Part shown: piece by piece, positions 60,865 through 64,000 of the stretch
Numbering within the stretch: position 1 is the stretch's first letter
Layout: each line of letters opens with the position of its first letter
The notes under the pieces: model-generated
Seen by the model: the letters and a program-made list of their open reading frames with translations, nothing else
What the model was told of the DNA's origin: nothing
Database searches by the model: none
NCBI GenBank assembly: GCA_965240325.2
Contig: OZ251235.1
Span: 2,058,503 to 2,122,502 of the forward strand
Length of the DNA stretch: 64,000 nucleotides
Direction: 5' to 3'
Source of the DNA: Rebecca billardiae RCC1528
Taxonomy: Eukaryota > Protista > Haptophyta
Position numbers and translations under genes: made by a program

Positions 60865-61468
60865 CCGCGCGTCACCGGCCCCGGGCGTCACCGCGTGTCG
60901 AGACTCGAGTGTCGCCCGGTGACGGTGTCGGCCTGATGTTTACTGTAGCAGCGTACTCATAGTGTATATATATAGTATTCGACGCGGGCGGGTATATTCT
61001 GAGCGACTATATTATATATATATAATAACAATAAGTCGATATGATCGTCGCGCTTGAATATATTTAATAAAAGCACTGTCGAATATCTGCAAAGATAATG
61101 TGATTAATGATGACATGATTCGCGCAGATCTGGTAACTAATGACGATCGGAGCAACGACTAATTAATTGTCGACATTAAAACGCTGTTTGGCCGGGCATC
61201 CTTGTGAGCATAGGCGGTGTGCAGATGCAGGCACCACCGCACCGGCGGCGCGCGCGGGGTCGGAGCCTGCCTGTCTGTCGATTCGGTCGGATTATGGTGC
61301 CGCTCGCACGCATCGCGTGAATTTACGCGCGTGGATACGCAAAATCGCGCGACATTGAAAGTGCGGCCATCGTGCCGCGCGCGAACGCCATCGTCGTGCC
61401 CGCACTGGGCGAAGCGAACGGCGGGACGCGGAAGACGTCACCACGTGGCGGCCCTCCGACTGCTAAGG

Positions 61469-62260
61469 ATGGCGCTCGAGCCAGATCGGATCCCCGAGCT
61501 GGAGGCGCTGGTGGAGGAGCAGTGCCGCTCGGGCAGCTACGATCTGGACGAGAACCTGACGCTGCTCAAGCTCTACCAGTTCTTCCCCGACAAGGCCAAG
61601 CCGGCCGTGATCGCGCGCGTGCTGCTCTTGGCGCTGATGCGCCTGCCAGAGACAGACTACCTGCTGTGCACATACCTCATCCCGGACCGCATCACGGCGG
61701 AGTTGCCGGTGCTCACGGTGTGCGATCTCGCGAACAAGCTCGAGACCTGCGCGTTCAAGCAGTTCTGGGCCGAGCTCAAGGACGCACGCTCGGCGGTCGA
61801 GGGCGTTAAGGGCTTCGACGACGCGATTGTCGAGTGTACGTGCGCCGCGCGCGCGTGCGCGCGTTTTCTCGTATGCTCGCTGGAGGCCCGCGTGCGCTCG
61901 CGCGGCGTCTCAACCGAGAGCTCTCGCGCGCGTACCTTACGCCCCCGCCCGCGCGCGCGCGCGCGCCTCGCTTACCCCGCTGCCCTCGCGCGCGGCCCCG
62001 GCCCGCGCGCAGACGTGCTCGCCGTCGTGAAGATCACCTACCAGGTGCTCGACCTGCAGTACCTGGGCGAGCTGCTCAACACCACGGACGCGGCCGCGCT
62101 GGACAAGTGGGTGGCGAAGATCGGGCGGAGAGAAGGGAGCAAGGTGCACGTCCACCTGAGCGACGACAACCAGGCCAAGGTGAAGGAGCCGGACAATGCG
62201 CACGCGGTGCGCGTCGAGCAGCTCTCAAAGGCCATCCGCAGCATGGCCAACGCCTTCTAG
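61469..62260 (+). CDS. EIF3K: Translation initiation factor eIF3 subunit K
   Basis: LEALVEEQCRSGSYDLDENLTLLKLYQFFP...LLLALMRLPETDY.LC...LETCAFKQFW...VKGFDDAI. Intron 61836-62012. Confidence 0.94.
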   Translation: MALEPDRIPELEALVEEQCRSGSYDLDENLTLLKLYQFFPDKAKPAVIARVLLLALMRLPETDYLLCTYLIPDRITAELPVLTVCDLANKLETCAFKQFWAELKDARSAVEGVKGFDDAIVECTCAARACARFLVCSLEARVRSRGVSTESSRARTLRPRPRARARLAYPAALARGPGPRADVLAVVKITYQVLDLQYLGELLNTTDAAALDKWVAKIGRREGSKVHVHLSDDNQAKVKEPDNAHAVRVEQLSKAIRSMANAF

Positions 62261-62848
62261 GCCGCGCGCAGCGCGTGCCCTCGGACGCGCGTGGCGGCGG
62301 CTCGGACGGTCGCATTCTGCGGCGGCACGCGGCGAACACGGCTGTTGCTCTTGGCGTCGAGCTGTGTTGGCCGCAGCTGGCCCGCGCGGCTCAGTCGTGG
62401 CTCGGCACCTCCTCAGTGCCCTCGTGGCAGTCTGTGAGCGACATGGCTTCGCGCTGCGAGGCACGAGGGGCCGATGCCTCTGCGCCGACTGTGCGCGATG
62501 CAGCAGTGCCGTAGCAGTGCCAGAGGCGGTGCTCCCGGTCCCGCGGCCCGCCGCGGCACATGCTCCCCCGACTGACCGGGACTCGCCCCGGGCCCGATTC
62601 GGCGGAGGGCCAGCGGACCGCGAGCGGCGCCGCACGGTGCAAGCTGCGAGCGCTGACCTGCTCGGTAACTGTGACCATGACCATCACTCATCAGTATATA
62701 TATATATATATATGGCTCTGGCTCGGGTTGACCCCTGCCAGTCCGGTCATAGTCATAGTGAACTCAGAAACGGCGGGCGAGTACGCCCCGCGTACCGAAA
62801 ATGATAATTGATATATATATATATATATATAGTCATCATCGCGCAATA

Positions 62849-64000
62849 TGTTATAAGTTATTCCTGCCGGGCCGAATGATGACGAGGCGGTATGTCAGTG
62901 GTATTCTGAGCGCCCGAAGTGTCCCACACTCCACAGCCACAGCGGGCCCCAAGTCAAAGTGGGGTTGCTACTTGCTATGCGGATGGCCATGCAATAAGTG
63001 CCCAGGGTGTGAAAATAATCGGCAGTTTATTGTGTCTTGACTCTTGTGACTAGTTTGACAGCAGATTGTCAGACTGGGCACCAGTCCTCGAAGACACCGT
63101 TCCACAGGAGTCGCGGGTAAGTTTCCGCATCTACCCGCACGTACCGGCGGAGGCACGATCCGGCACTATCTCGGCCAGTCCGGAGCCCCAAACTGCTCCC
63201 TGGGAGTTTGGGGCTGCCTGACCCATCATCCGATGATGTGACCCCGTCCGCCTGCCCCTTCGGGGCCGGTCCTAGCCCCGCCTGGTCGCTTCCGGTGGAC
63301 CTATCGCCCACACGCGCGGTAGGGAGCACCCACGCTTCTTCTTCAGTCTAACATGGTATCGGAGTCAGCAACGAGACGCGCTCGTTACCGGATCCGACCT
63401 CGCTGGCGCAAGGAACGCGCTCGCGCGCATCGCGCGTTGCGAGCTCGCGAGACGATTCACATCCAAGTCGGATGGTCCAAGGCAGGCTAGCCCAACCGCG
63501 GCAGCCTTCAAGGAGGAGGTGTTGACGTACCTCATTCCGATGACATTCGCGTCGTCATCGTGCGCCGAGTCGCACGCCCTGCTCAGATGCAGGAGGAGTC
63601 TCGACACCGAGTCGATTGACTTCATGAATGCAGCCCTCGACCACCAAGATGGCCGAGCAGCTTGCAAGGAGGAGATGAGGCGCGATCTACGCGTTCACTA
63701 GGCGACAGCGGATACGATCACGTCGATCGACACCGCGCGCCGCTCGATCATCTCCGCGCTCGCTATGTGCAGCTTCTTCGTGACACACGGTTGCGAGGCA
63801 GCGTCATTCTGCGGCCGAAGCCGACACAAGGTTCTACGCGTGAGACCAGTCCATGTCCCATTGCACCAGCCCACACGCGGTGGTGCACCGTCGCCGTCGA
63901 CGCGACCCATCGAGGAGGAGCAGGCAGGTGGATCTCGGTAAGTCCACAGCAGCTGGCACGACCACACGATCACTCGATCAACTGCCTGGGGCACCACGCC
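62849..64000 (+). mobile_element. LTR retrotransposon, 5' part: LTR 62849-63353, tRNA-Met PBS 63354-63364, decayed gag-like region
   Basis: LTR bounded by TGTTA...TAACA and immediately followed by TGGTATCGGAG (cf. canonical TGGTATCAGAGC). Downstream frame is interrupted by a stop at 63699. Confidence 0.8.

Overview
Very GC-rich eukaryotic nuclear DNA. Spliceosomal GT(GCGC)...(CG)CAG introns and a signal-plus-transit-type PTOX presequence suggest an alga with a secondary plastid, most likely a haptophyte such as a Pavlovales species (inference, not verified). Recognisable genes: 3' part of ataxin-2/Pbp1, a divergent profilin, three intronless secreted proteins (one with a fucosyltransferase-like HxRxGD domain), eIF2B-beta, Kelch-BTB, PTOX, a TORTIFOLIA1/SINE-like HEAT protein with transmembrane segments, a CsgA-like SDR, a GARP/PHR1-like transcription factor, a small Gly-rich orphan, a coiled-coil protein and eIF3k. 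The window ends in the 5' LTR and PBS of an LTR retrotransposon. Much of the intergenic DNA (about 26 kb) resolves into non-autonomous terminal-inverted-repeat (TIR) elements with at least seven different TIR sequences. The most striking is a 6.6-kb foldback (20468-27071) with ~578-bp TIRs and two opposed arrays of a 214-bp satellite, placed symmetrically between two divergent genes. A second 8.9-kb element (35158-44056) has unrelated TIRs but carries the same 214-bp satellite plus Pro-rich gene-like cargo. Most long ORFs in the ORF track over these repeats are GC artefacts. All alignments were made by eye.
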